Source of the DNA: Acutalibacteraceae bacterium
GTDB lineage: Bacteria; Bacillota; Clostridia; Oscillospirales; Acutalibacteraceae
Length of the DNA stretch: 64,000 bases
Reading direction: 5' to 3'
NCBI GenBank assembly: GCA_045633485.1
Contig: JAZQYL010000022.1
Span: 1,235 to 65,234 of the forward strand
In this document: positions 1 to 8,159 of the stretch, piece after piece
How positions within the stretch are numbered: position 1 is the stretch's first letter
How the letters are laid out: each line of letters starts with the position of its first letter
Made by a program: the position numbers and the translations under genes
The notes under the pieces: generated by a model
What the model saw: the letters and a program-made list of their open reading frames with translations, nothing else
What the model was told of the DNA's origin: nothing
The model's database searches: none

Positions 1-1884
1 GAAAATTTTGTAATGAATTACAACGGTAATAGCTACAATATGACCAATATGGGCACAACAAAACCTGCTGTTACCTTTGTGCCGGGCAAACAATTTAACT
101 TTGATGTCGAATTTAGCAATCCGGAACAGGTTGATACTGTTTATGTTTGCAGTACTCGCAGTAATGTAACCAAGCGTATAGAAGCCGTTTGGAACGAAAC
201 AACACAGTCATATGTAGCAAATGGTCTTTTCGACCCTTCCAATAATAGCTACGTGCCGGGAACAATTACAGTTGAATATTCGCAAGTGCGTGATTCTATC
301 AGCTTTACATCAGGTGAAATTGATTACACATCTAATAAATACATAAACGGCGCAAGTAATCCTATAAAGAATGCTGTGGCGGGCAATGTTGAAGATTGCA
401 TAAAAGACCTTAAAACCGATGATAACCAAATTAGCGGTTTTATCGAATTGATTGATGTTAACTCTAAACTTGATTTCAACATAATGACCGACGTCATTCC
501 GTCTTATCTTGATCCTGATAACGCTACCGAATATGGTTACAAGGTTATTGAAGACGACTTTGGTGCTAAAATGTATCTTAAGGTTGCAGAATGTGCCGAA
601 GATGAAATTCGCGGTCAGATTGTTGACTTTGCAACCGAAAAAATAACCGATTTCTGTATTGAAGGAGGTTATATTAACCTTGATACTGCGGTAGGAAATT
701 ATTTCTCTTTTGTGGAAGCCTTAGGTTATGTTGATACCATGATAACTTGGGATAATAATCGTACCTCCATCAAAGAATCTCGTCAGGCAATTTTGTCATC
801 AAATATGACCGACGCAGAAAAAACTGCCGCTATACAAAAACTTGAATATGCTTCAAAAGCGAATAACGGTGTTGTTGCAGCAATGGCTTTGCAGATTATA
901 TTTAGCGTTGCAGGTATTGCAATACCATTCCCGGCAAGCATGATTCTTCCCTTGCTTGCTATGAGCAATGAAAACTATGTTAACGGAGTTCTTGGTAACT
1001 TTGGATACTTAAATGCATCCGAAAGCGATGGTGCCCAGTTTACATTCCGTTGGGCAATTGATCCTAGTGGTTATGTTTATGAAGGCGTAACAAGCAATCG
1101 TATTCAAGGCGTTAAGGTTACAGTTTCCCACATTCCGTATGACGAAAACGATGAAAACTTCTGGGATACTCCCAAAACCGAAAATGCTCAGGTTTGGGAT
1201 GCTGAGCAATGGGATCAGGTTAATCCTCTTTATACTGATGCTACCGGTTGTTACGCATGGGATGTTCCCGAAGGTTGGTGGCAAGTTAAATATGAAAAAG
1301 ATGGCTATGAAACAACATATAGCGATTGGCTCCCTGTTCCCCCGCCGCAAACCCAAGTTAACATTGGTCTCGTTTCCACAAGCAGCGCATACGTCGAAAA
1401 CTTTGCGCTTAATGACGATTCTCTGCTTATAACCTTTAGTCAATACATCGACCCCGAGACATTCAGCGGCATTATTCTTAAAGATGTTGACGGAAATATT
1501 ATTGACTATTCCGTGGAGTATAATCAAAACGAAACCGACATAAACGGTAATGTTTTTGCAAAAGAATTTACACTTAAATTTTCATCTGATTATATTCCTT
1601 ATGAAATCGAAATTCCTGAAACGGTTACGAATTATGCCGGCAATCCAATAACAGCATATCGTGGATTAATAAAAGAGGTTGTATATGGTGATATTAATGA
1701 CGATGGTGCCATCAACAACAAGGACTTGGCATTACTTATTCAGTACATAAATGGTTGGAATGTGGATATCGTTGTTCTTGCGTGCAATGTTTACTTTGAT
1801 AATGCAATTAACAACAAAGACATAGCTTTACTTGCCCAGTATATAAATGGCTGGTTAGTAACAATAGGACCCGTAAAAAATTAA
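1..1884 (+). CDS. Dockerin-bearing secreted/surface protein, probably 5'-truncated by the window edge
   Basis: Frame 1 is open from nt 1 (ENFV precedes the first ATG at 13). The C-terminus has a two-segment dockerin (GDINDDGAINNKDLALLIQYINGW ... NVYFDNAINNKDIALLAQYINGW, about 1687-1860). There is a beta-sandwich-like segment IDPSGYVYEGV...KDGYETTYSDW. A strong terminator follows. Confidence 0.6.
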   Translation, partial: ENFVMNYNGNSYNMTNMGTTKPAVTFVPGKQFNFDVEFSNPEQVDTVYVCSTRSNVTKRIEAVWNETTQSYVANGLFDPSNNSYVPGTITVEYSQVRDSISFTSGEIDYTSNKYINGASNPIKNAVAGNVEDCIKDLKTDDNQISGFIELIDVNSKLDFNIMTDVIPSYLDPDNATEYGYKVIEDDFGAKMYLKVAECAEDEIRGQIVDFATEKITDFCIEGGYINLDTAVGNYFSFVEALGYVDTMITWDNNRTSIKESRQAILSSNMTDAEKTAAIQKLEYASKANNGVVAAMALQIIFSVAGIAIPFPASMILPLLAMSNENYVNGVLGNFGYLNASESDGAQFTFRWAIDPSGYVYEGVTSNRIQGVKVTVSHIPYDENDENFWDTPKTENAQVWDAEQWDQVNPLYTDATGCYAWDVPEGWWQVKYEKDGYETTYSDWLPVPPPQTQVNIGLVSTSSAYVENFALNDDSLLITFSQYIDPETFSGIILKDVDGNIIDYSVEYNQNETDINGNVFAKEFTLKFSSDYIPYEIEIPETVTNYAGNPITAYRGLIKEVVYGDINDDGAINNKDLALLIQYINGWNVDIVVLACNVYFDNAINNKDIALLAQYINGWLVTIGPVKN

Positions 1885-1910
1885 TCACATTAGTTTGTAA
1901 ACATCCTAAA

Positions 1911-1952
1911 AGACCTTGAAAGAGTATAAACTCTTTCAAGGTCTTTTGTTTT
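1911..1952 (+). terminator. Rho-independent terminator
   Basis: Perfect 15-bp stem agaccttgaaagagt / actctttcaaggtct, loop ataa, followed by tttgtttt. Confidence 0.75.
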
Positions 1953-2020
1953 ACAAATATTATTTAAAAATATAATGACAAATTGACAAATATGTGGTAT
2001 TATAAAAGAAAAATATTTTA

Positions 2021-3235
2021 GTGGTGATGATAATGTATTATTACAATCTTATATTAGACTATGCCAAAGCGAATTACAAAAAAATGTTTCGTGAGCCCGA
2101 TGGATTACTCGCTCACAAATTTATAGTGCCCGGCGCGGCATACTCTAACAGTCTTTGGGACTGGGACAGTTGGCTTACCAATATTGCGCTTCGCGACTTC
2201 GTCACAGAAGATATTTCAGAATACGAAAAAGGCTGCGTAATCAATTTTTTGGAACATACGGACGAGCGTGATAGAATACCTGTATATATGTTACCTTCAT
2301 TAGAGTTTTATCACTGTGACAATCTTACTGTTACCAACATCCACAAGCCATGCCTTGCGCAACACGCAGCTTTTCTTGTGAAAACATATAACGATGATGC
2401 CGAATGGCTTCGTCCATATTTTGACAAGATGCTTAAATTTATTGATTATTACTATAACAATCAGCGTCACGAATCAGGACTTTATTTTTGGATAAACGAC
2501 TGCGCTATTGGTGTAGATAACGACCCCAGTACATATTATCGTCCCGATAACAGCTCAGGTTCAATCTATTTAAACTGTCTAATGTATAGAGAACTTGAGG
2601 ATGTTTGTTACATAGGCGAGCTACTCGGCGTAAATGTTGATTTTTATAAAGCAGAAGCCGAAAACCTTAAAAACACGGTTCGTGACCTCTGTTATGACGA
2701 GAAAGATGGTATGTATTATAGCGTAGACTTGAACTTACTACCTATTAATCCTAATAATGTCATGCACTCGGGTGCACCAAGACATTGGAATACACTCATT
2801 CAGCGTATTGGTTGTTGGTCGGGCTTTATGACTATGTGGGCAGGAATTGCCACACCCGAGCAGGCCGAGCGTATGGTAAAAGAAAATCTTCTTGACGAAA
2901 AAGCATTCTGGGCACCATACGGCGTGCGTACACTTTCAAAATACGAAAAAATGTATTCTATTAAAAAGACGGGTAATCCATCCTGCTGGTTAGGACCGAT
3001 TTGGGGCATTTCTAACTATATGGTATTTGACGGCCTTGTTAAATATGGATTTATTGACGAGGCACGTGAACTTGCAGAAAAGACACTCAAACTGTTTGGT
3101 GAAGATATTGCCAAAACCGGTGAATTGCACGAATACTACGACCCTGAAAGCGGCGAATGGGTTAATAACCCCGGTTTCCAAAACTGGAATCTTTTTGCAA
3201 TAAGAATGGGTCAATGGCTTAATGAAAATAAATAA
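2021..3235 (+). CDS. (alpha/alpha)6-barrel glycoside hydrolase, GH63/GH37 trehalase-like family
   Basis: 404-aa ORF with LWDWDSWL, YFWINDCAIGVDNDPS and C-terminal EYYDPESGEW...GFQNWN motifs typical of six-hairpin glycosidases. No signal peptide. Start uncertain (GTG 2021, ATG 2027 or 2033). Confidence 0.5.
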   Translation: MVMIMYYYNLILDYAKANYKKMFREPDGLLAHKFIVPGAAYSNSLWDWDSWLTNIALRDFVTEDISEYEKGCVINFLEHTDERDRIPVYMLPSLEFYHCDNLTVTNIHKPCLAQHAAFLVKTYNDDAEWLRPYFDKMLKFIDYYYNNQRHESGLYFWINDCAIGVDNDPSTYYRPDNSSGSIYLNCLMYRELEDVCYIGELLGVNVDFYKAEAENLKNTVRDLCYDEKDGMYYSVDLNLLPINPNNVMHSGAPRHWNTLIQRIGCWSGFMTMWAGIATPEQAERMVKENLLDEKAFWAPYGVRTLSKYEKMYSIKKTGNPSCWLGPIWGISNYMVFDGLVKYGFIDEARELAEKTLKLFGEDIAKTGELHEYYDPESGEWVNNPGFQNWNLFAIRMGQWLNENK

Positions 3236-3262
3236 TTTTTAAAATTTGAACGGAGTTTTAAA

Positions 3263-5650
3263 ATGAAAGATACAGCGGCAATTATTCTTTGTGCGGGTAA
3301 AGGCTCGCGTATGAACGACAATTCAAAAAGCAAGGTATGCTTTGACTGTGCAGGTGTACCGGTTATTCGTCGAATAATCGACAATATGAAAGCGGCAGGC
3401 GTTAGCCGATTTGTTGTTGTCATTGGTCATCAGGCATATAGCGTTATGGACTGTCTTGATGGTGTTGACGGAGTAATTTATGCCTATCAAAAGGAACAAA
3501 AAGGTACGGGACACGCCGCTCTTTGCGGACTTAAAGCACTTTCCTCTATGGGCTATGACGGACCGGTTATTGTTTCTATGGGCGATAAAATTATATCAAC
3601 GGGCGTTATCCGCGGCATACTTGACAAAGCCGAAAGTGCTGATGCCGTTTGGGGTGTTCAACCACTTGCCGCCAACTTTAACGGCGGTCGTGTCGTTGTG
3701 CGTGACGGCAAACCCATTGGTGTAATCGAGTTTACCGATGCCGCGCTTATGGCTCTTGGTAACACAACGCCCGATAATTACGAAAATATGTTAAGTGGTA
3801 TCGGTCTTAATCCTAAAAAGGCAAAGAAGGTTCTTGATATAGCAAACAAACAAGTTCCCTCACCCACCAAAAAACTTTGTGGCATTGAGTTCGGCGCGGA
3901 TGAAGTATTATCAGCACCTTACGCAAACGCAGCTCTTTATTGCTTTAATACAAATAAAGTTATTGATGCCATTTCTACTCTTAATTCCAATAATGCACAG
4001 GGCGAAATATATCTTACAGACACTCTTGAAATTTTTGCATCGAAAAATCAAGCTGTATTATATGAAATAACCAATAAAACTGATATGCTCACATATAGTA
4101 CAAAACAGGAATTGTGCAAGGTTAGTGAACATTTTATGCGCACAGCATCACAATATGTTGACGATATAAATTCCGGTAATTTGGATGCATTATTCACTTC
4201 TCTTTACGGTGACGAGATAGTATCACAAAAAGCAAGATATATTGAATTGCTTGATAAATTTATAAAAGAATTTGGAGATAAAAAGGTTGTTATTACCCGT
4301 TCGCCAGGCCGTATAAATTTGATGGGACGTCATATCGATCATCGTGGTGGCGGTATTAATGTTATGGCAACCGATAAGGATCAGGTTTTTGTGTCGGCTC
4401 GCCGCGAGGATGATACTGTTCGCATTTCAAATCTTGACCCTGACTATCCAAATCGTGATTTTTCTATTAGCGAAACACTTTCACTCGGTTCTGATGAATC
4501 TTGGTTATCATATCTTGCCAGTGAAAAGGTTGTTCAAGCCTTGCATGAAAGCAAGGGTGATTGGTCAAATTATGTAAAATCTGCCGTTATACACGCACAG
4601 TTTAAAACCAACTATCCGCTTTGTGGCATGGATATGGTGTCTACCGGCAACATTCCAGTCGCTGCCGGTCTTTCATCCTCTTCCGCAATTGTTGTAGCAG
4701 TTATGGAAGCACTTGTTGCACTAAACTGCCTTAATTTAACCGAGCGCGAATTTATAGATCTTTGCGGTGAAGGCGAATGGTTTGTTGGTTCACGCGGAGG
4801 CGCCGGTGATCACGCAGCAATGAAATGTGGACAAAAAGACGCTATTGTTCATTTAGGATTTAAGCCTTTTTATGTCGGCGAAAAACAAAAATTTTCCGAT
4901 AAATATGCGGTTTTAGTTGCTAATTCAATGCTAATGGCAAAAAAATCCGAAGGCAGTAAGGATACCTTTAACGCCAAAGTTGCTTGTTATGAATTTGCGC
5001 TTATGTTGCTTAAAAAGAATTATCCCCATTATGAGTTAAAAGAATTCCGAGATTTAGCAAAAATAAGGCCTTATTCTACTGTATATAAAATGATAGAATC
5101 ACTGCCTGAAACCATAACTCGCGGTGGTATTAAAGCACTTCTTCCGGAATATAAACAGCGTCTTAATGAAATTTTTGCTAATCATAAAGATCCACAAGTT
5201 TATGAACTTCGCAACGTTACGCTATACGGAATTTCCGAATGTGAACGAGCCGATAAATTTATGGAAATATTAAAAACCGAAGATTATATTGCTCTTGGTA
5301 ATATGATGAAAATTAGTCACAATGGTGACCGACTTGGTGTTGAGAGCGTAAGCGATAAACACCTTGAGGAGCTAATATCTAATAATACACCGTTTGAAGA
5401 GGAATCAGGTTCTTATAAATGTTCAACGCCCGAAATCGACTATCTTTGTGATCTTTTGGATTCTACAGATGGTGTTTTAGGTAGTGAAATCGTTGGTGCC
5501 GGACTTGGAGGTTGTGTGATAGCTTTGATTGATAAATCAAAAGCTGATAGTATCATAAATAATATAAATCAAAATTATTATGACAAATACAACTTTGCTC
5601 ACGCTGCTAATGTCTATAGTGCTTCAAGCGGTTCATCGGTTATATTTTAA
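3263..5650 (+). CDS. Bifunctional sugar-1-phosphate nucleotidyltransferase (N-terminal) / galactokinase-like GHMP sugar kinase (C-terminal)
   Basis: N-terminus has AIILCAGKGSRM (GxGxR nucleotidyltransferase loop). The C-terminal half has the galactokinase-type signature GRINLMGRHIDHRGG, GHMP motif PVAAGLSSSSA and GAGLGGCV. GGAG RBS lies 8 nt upstream of the ATG. Confidence 0.7.
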   Translation: MKDTAAIILCAGKGSRMNDNSKSKVCFDCAGVPVIRRIIDNMKAAGVSRFVVVIGHQAYSVMDCLDGVDGVIYAYQKEQKGTGHAALCGLKALSSMGYDGPVIVSMGDKIISTGVIRGILDKAESADAVWGVQPLAANFNGGRVVVRDGKPIGVIEFTDAALMALGNTTPDNYENMLSGIGLNPKKAKKVLDIANKQVPSPTKKLCGIEFGADEVLSAPYANAALYCFNTNKVIDAISTLNSNNAQGEIYLTDTLEIFASKNQAVLYEITNKTDMLTYSTKQELCKVSEHFMRTASQYVDDINSGNLDALFTSLYGDEIVSQKARYIELLDKFIKEFGDKKVVITRSPGRINLMGRHIDHRGGGINVMATDKDQVFVSARREDDTVRISNLDPDYPNRDFSISETLSLGSDESWLSYLASEKVVQALHESKGDWSNYVKSAVIHAQFKTNYPLCGMDMVSTGNIPVAAGLSSSSAIVVAVMEALVALNCLNLTEREFIDLCGEGEWFVGSRGGAGDHAAMKCGQKDAIVHLGFKPFYVGEKQKFSDKYAVLVANSMLMAKKSEGSKDTFNAKVACYEFALMLLKKNYPHYELKEFRDLAKIRPYSTVYKMIESLPETITRGGIKALLPEYKQRLNEIFANHKDPQVYELRNVTLYGISECERADKFMEILKTEDYIALGNMMKISHNGDRLGVESVSDKHLEELISNNTPFEEESGSYKCSTPEIDYLCDLLDSTDGVLGSEIVGAGLGGCVIALIDKSKADSIINNINQNYYDKYNFAHAANVYSASSGSSVIF

Positions 5651-5653
5651 TGT

Positions 5654-5681
5654 AAAAAAGAGGCGGTAATCGTCTCTTTTT
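5654..5681 (+). terminator. Rho-independent terminator
   Basis: Hairpin aaaagaggcg-gtaat-cgtctctttt (one G:U pair) followed by a T-run. Confidence 0.5.
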
Positions 5682-5695
5682 ACATTCTTTATACA

Positions 5696-5724
5696 TTGAC
5701 ATGGTTTTTAAATAGTGATAAAAT
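5696..5724 (+). promoter_or_regulatory. Sigma-A type promoter of the cysK-metF-metH operon
   Basis: TTGACA (5696-5701), 17-nt spacer, TGaTAAAAT extended -10 (5716-5724). It lies about 30 nt upstream of the cysK start. Confidence 0.5.
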
Positions 5725-5753
5725 AATTTTATATTATTTAAAGGATGATTTTA

Positions 5754-6683
5754 ATGGCAAAAATATATAATTCTGTTGATGAAATTATCGGCAACACTCC
5801 CCTTTTGGAACTTAAACAAATTGAAAATCAGTTTAAGCTTAAAGCTCGTCTACTCGCAAAGCTTGAATGCTTTAATCCTGCAGGTTCAGTTAAAGACCGT
5901 GTTGCTCTTTCTATGATCAATGATATGGAAAAAAGTGGAAAACTAACACACGACTCGGTTATAATTGAACCAACTAGCGGCAATACCGGAATTGGTCTTG
6001 CGTGTGTTGGCGCAGCAAGGGGTTACCGTGTTATAATTGTAATGCCGGACAGTATGTCTGTTGAACGTCAACTGTTAATGAAGGCATATGGCGCAGAACT
6101 TGTTCTTACCGACGGAGCGCTTGGTATGTCCGGGGCAATAGAAAAAGCTAAAGAATTAAACAAAAAAATTCCAAACAGCATCATTGCGGGCCAATTTACA
6201 AATCCTGCAAATTCGCAAGCACATTTTGAAAATACAGGCGTTGAAATATACAACGATACTAATGGCAAAATTGATGTATTTGTAGCAGGCATAGGAACAG
6301 GTGGCACAATTACAGGCACAGGCAAATATTTAAAATCTAAAAATCCTAACATAAAAATTATTGCTGTTGAACCTGCCTCTTCCCCATTACTTTCTAGCGG
6401 AGTTGCCGCACCACACAAAATCCAAGGCATTGGAGCAAACTTTGTACCAGAGGTTCTCGATACTAACATTTACGATGATGTTATTACTGTATCAAACGAA
6501 GACGCCTTATATTTTGGTAAACTCATCGCAAAAACAGAAGGTGTTCTTGTAGGAATATCATCGGGCGCTGCTCTTGGAGCCGCTATTGAGATTGCAAAAC
6601 GTCAGGAAAACATAAATAAAACAATTGTTGTTTTATTTCCTGATACGGGTGAACGATACCTTTCTACTGAAATGTTTAAATAA
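5754..6683 (+). CDS. cysK: Cysteine synthase A (O-acetylserine sulfhydrylase)
   Basis: MAKIYNSVDEIIGNTPLL N-terminus, PLP-lysine motif NPAGSVKDR, GIGTGGTITG loop. AAGGA RBS lies 8 nt before ATG 5754; the track start at 5745 is less likely. Confidence 0.9.
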   Translation: MAKIYNSVDEIIGNTPLLELKQIENQFKLKARLLAKLECFNPAGSVKDRVALSMINDMEKSGKLTHDSVIIEPTSGNTGIGLACVGAARGYRVIIVMPDSMSVERQLLMKAYGAELVLTDGALGMSGAIEKAKELNKKIPNSIIAGQFTNPANSQAHFENTGVEIYNDTNGKIDVFVAGIGTGGTITGTGKYLKSKNPNIKIIAVEPASSPLLSSGVAAPHKIQGIGANFVPEVLDTNIYDDVITVSNEDALYFGKLIAKTEGVLVGISSGAALGAAIEIAKRQENINKTIVVLFPDTGERYLSTEMFK

Positions 6684-6695
6684 AGGATTTTTACC

Positions 6696-7571
6696 ATGAA
6701 AATTATTGATATACTTAATCAAAATAAGTTATCACTTTCTTTTGAAGTTTTTCCTCCCAAAACCGAAACTAATTTTGAAAGTGTAAAATCTGCTACTGAG
6801 GAAATTGCAAAATTACGTCCTTCTTTTATGAGCGTAACATATGGGGCTGGTGGCGGAACAAGCCGTTACACCCTCGATATTGCCCAAAACATCAAATCGC
6901 TCTATGATGTTCCAACATTAGCTCATCTTACTTGTGTTTCATCTACTAAAGATACTGTAAAACAAAAAATTGCCGAAATCAAAAATGCCGGAATTGAAAA
7001 CGTAATGGCGTTACGAGGTGATATTCCAATTGAACATAAAGAAAATAGCCGTAATAATTGGTATTATAAATATGCTATCGATTTAATATACGAACTCAAA
7101 TCGGCTAACAATGACTTTTGCATCGGTGCAGCATGCTACCCCGAAATTCACCCCGAAAGTTTAAATCAAATAGATGATATAAAATATCTTAAAGAAAAAG
7201 TAGATGCCGGCGTAGATTTTCTAACAACTCAAATGTTTTTTGATAACAATTTGTTATATAATTTTTTATATAAAATTCGCGAAGCCGGTATAACCGTTCC
7301 CGTAATACCCGGTATTATGCCAATTACAAACGCAAATCAGATAGAACGCTCTATAAAGCTATCCGGTTCTTTTATGCCACAACGATTTAAAAGCCTTGTT
7401 GATAAATTTGGCAGTAATACCCTTGCAATGAAGCAAGCAGGTATTGCATACGCTACTGACCAAATAATTGACCTTTATGCAAACGGTATTAAAAATGTTC
7501 ATGTATACTCCATGAATAAACCTGATGTTGCCGCAAAAATTCAAGACAATTTATCAGAGATAATAAAATGA
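6696..7571 (+). CDS. metF: Methylenetetrahydrofolate reductase
   Basis: FEVFPPKT N-terminal motif, TYGAGG, LRGD. 291 aa, typical MetF length and context next to metH. Confidence 0.85.
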   Translation: MKIIDILNQNKLSLSFEVFPPKTETNFESVKSATEEIAKLRPSFMSVTYGAGGGTSRYTLDIAQNIKSLYDVPTLAHLTCVSSTKDTVKQKIAEIKNAGIENVMALRGDIPIEHKENSRNNWYYKYAIDLIYELKSANNDFCIGAACYPEIHPESLNQIDDIKYLKEKVDAGVDFLTTQMFFDNNLLYNFLYKIREAGITVPVIPGIMPITNANQIERSIKLSGSFMPQRFKSLVDKFGSNTLAMKQAGIAYATDQIIDLYANGIKNVHVYSMNKPDVAAKIQDNLSEIIK

Positions 7572-8158
7572 ATAATATAATTATCAAAACCTACCCTGCA
7601 CCACCAATTAATCTAAAAGAGGTTTTGCGTTATGCAGGTGCTATCAAAAACCAAAACACACAAAAAATTTTATACGAGTGTATAAAAGAAACAACAAATA
7701 TACTTACATTTAATGTATGCTACTGTGAATTGCCCATAACAATCAATAATGATGTTTGCGATTTTGATGCTTTTAAAATAACATCACAAAATCTTGCATC
7801 TAATCTAAAAAATTGCAAACGCGTTATTGTTATGGGTGCTACTGTCGGAATCGGTCTCGACCGACTTATAGTAAAATATTCTCATATTTCACCCACAAAG
7901 GCATTATTGCTTCAAGCATTTGGCACAGAACGTATTGAAACATTATGTAATACTTTTACTGACGACATTAAAAACACTCTAAATTCATCCCTTAAGGCAC
8001 GTTTTAGTCCAGGGTATGGTGATTTGTCGATAGATACGCAAAAAATTATTTTTGCGCAATTAAATCCACAAAAACATATAGGTTTAACACTTAATGACAG
8101 TATGCTAATGACACCATCAAAATCAGTCACCGCGTTTATTGGCATAGAAGAGGCTTAA
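7568..8158 (+). CDS. Stand-alone methionine synthase activation (AdoMet-binding) domain protein
   Basis: 196-aa ORF whose start overlaps the metF stop (ATGA), immediately upstream of a metH lacking the C-terminal activation domain. RFSPGYGD motif resembles the MetH reactivation domain. Confidence 0.65.
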   Translation: MNNIIIKTYPAPPINLKEVLRYAGAIKNQNTQKILYECIKETTNILTFNVCYCELPITINNDVCDFDAFKITSQNLASNLKNCKRVIVMGATVGIGLDRLIVKYSHISPTKALLLQAFGTERIETLCNTFTDDIKNTLNSSLKARFSPGYGDLSIDTQKIIFAQLNPQKHIGLTLNDSMLMTPSKSVTAFIGIEEA

Positions 8159-8159
8159 T

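Noticed and set aside
1009-1527. Long antisense ORFs in the track. Examples are 1009-1527, 6068-6469, 8612-9133, 17452-17922, 18409-18768, 45651-46052, 49131-49526 and 60896-61679.
   Set aside because: Each lies entirely inside, and antisense to or out of frame with, a gene supported by strong motifs (dockerin protein, cysK, metH, pck, S8 protease, polyferredoxin, typA). Their products are low-complexity with no RBS, so they are shadow ORFs.
5651-5753. Possible SAM (S-box) riboswitch or T-box leader upstream of cysK/metF/metH
   Set aside because: There are only about 100 nt in total. These are occupied by a terminator hairpin and a promoter, with about 30 nt between the -10 element and the start codon. 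That is too short for either element, and no conserved S-box or T-box sequence is visible.
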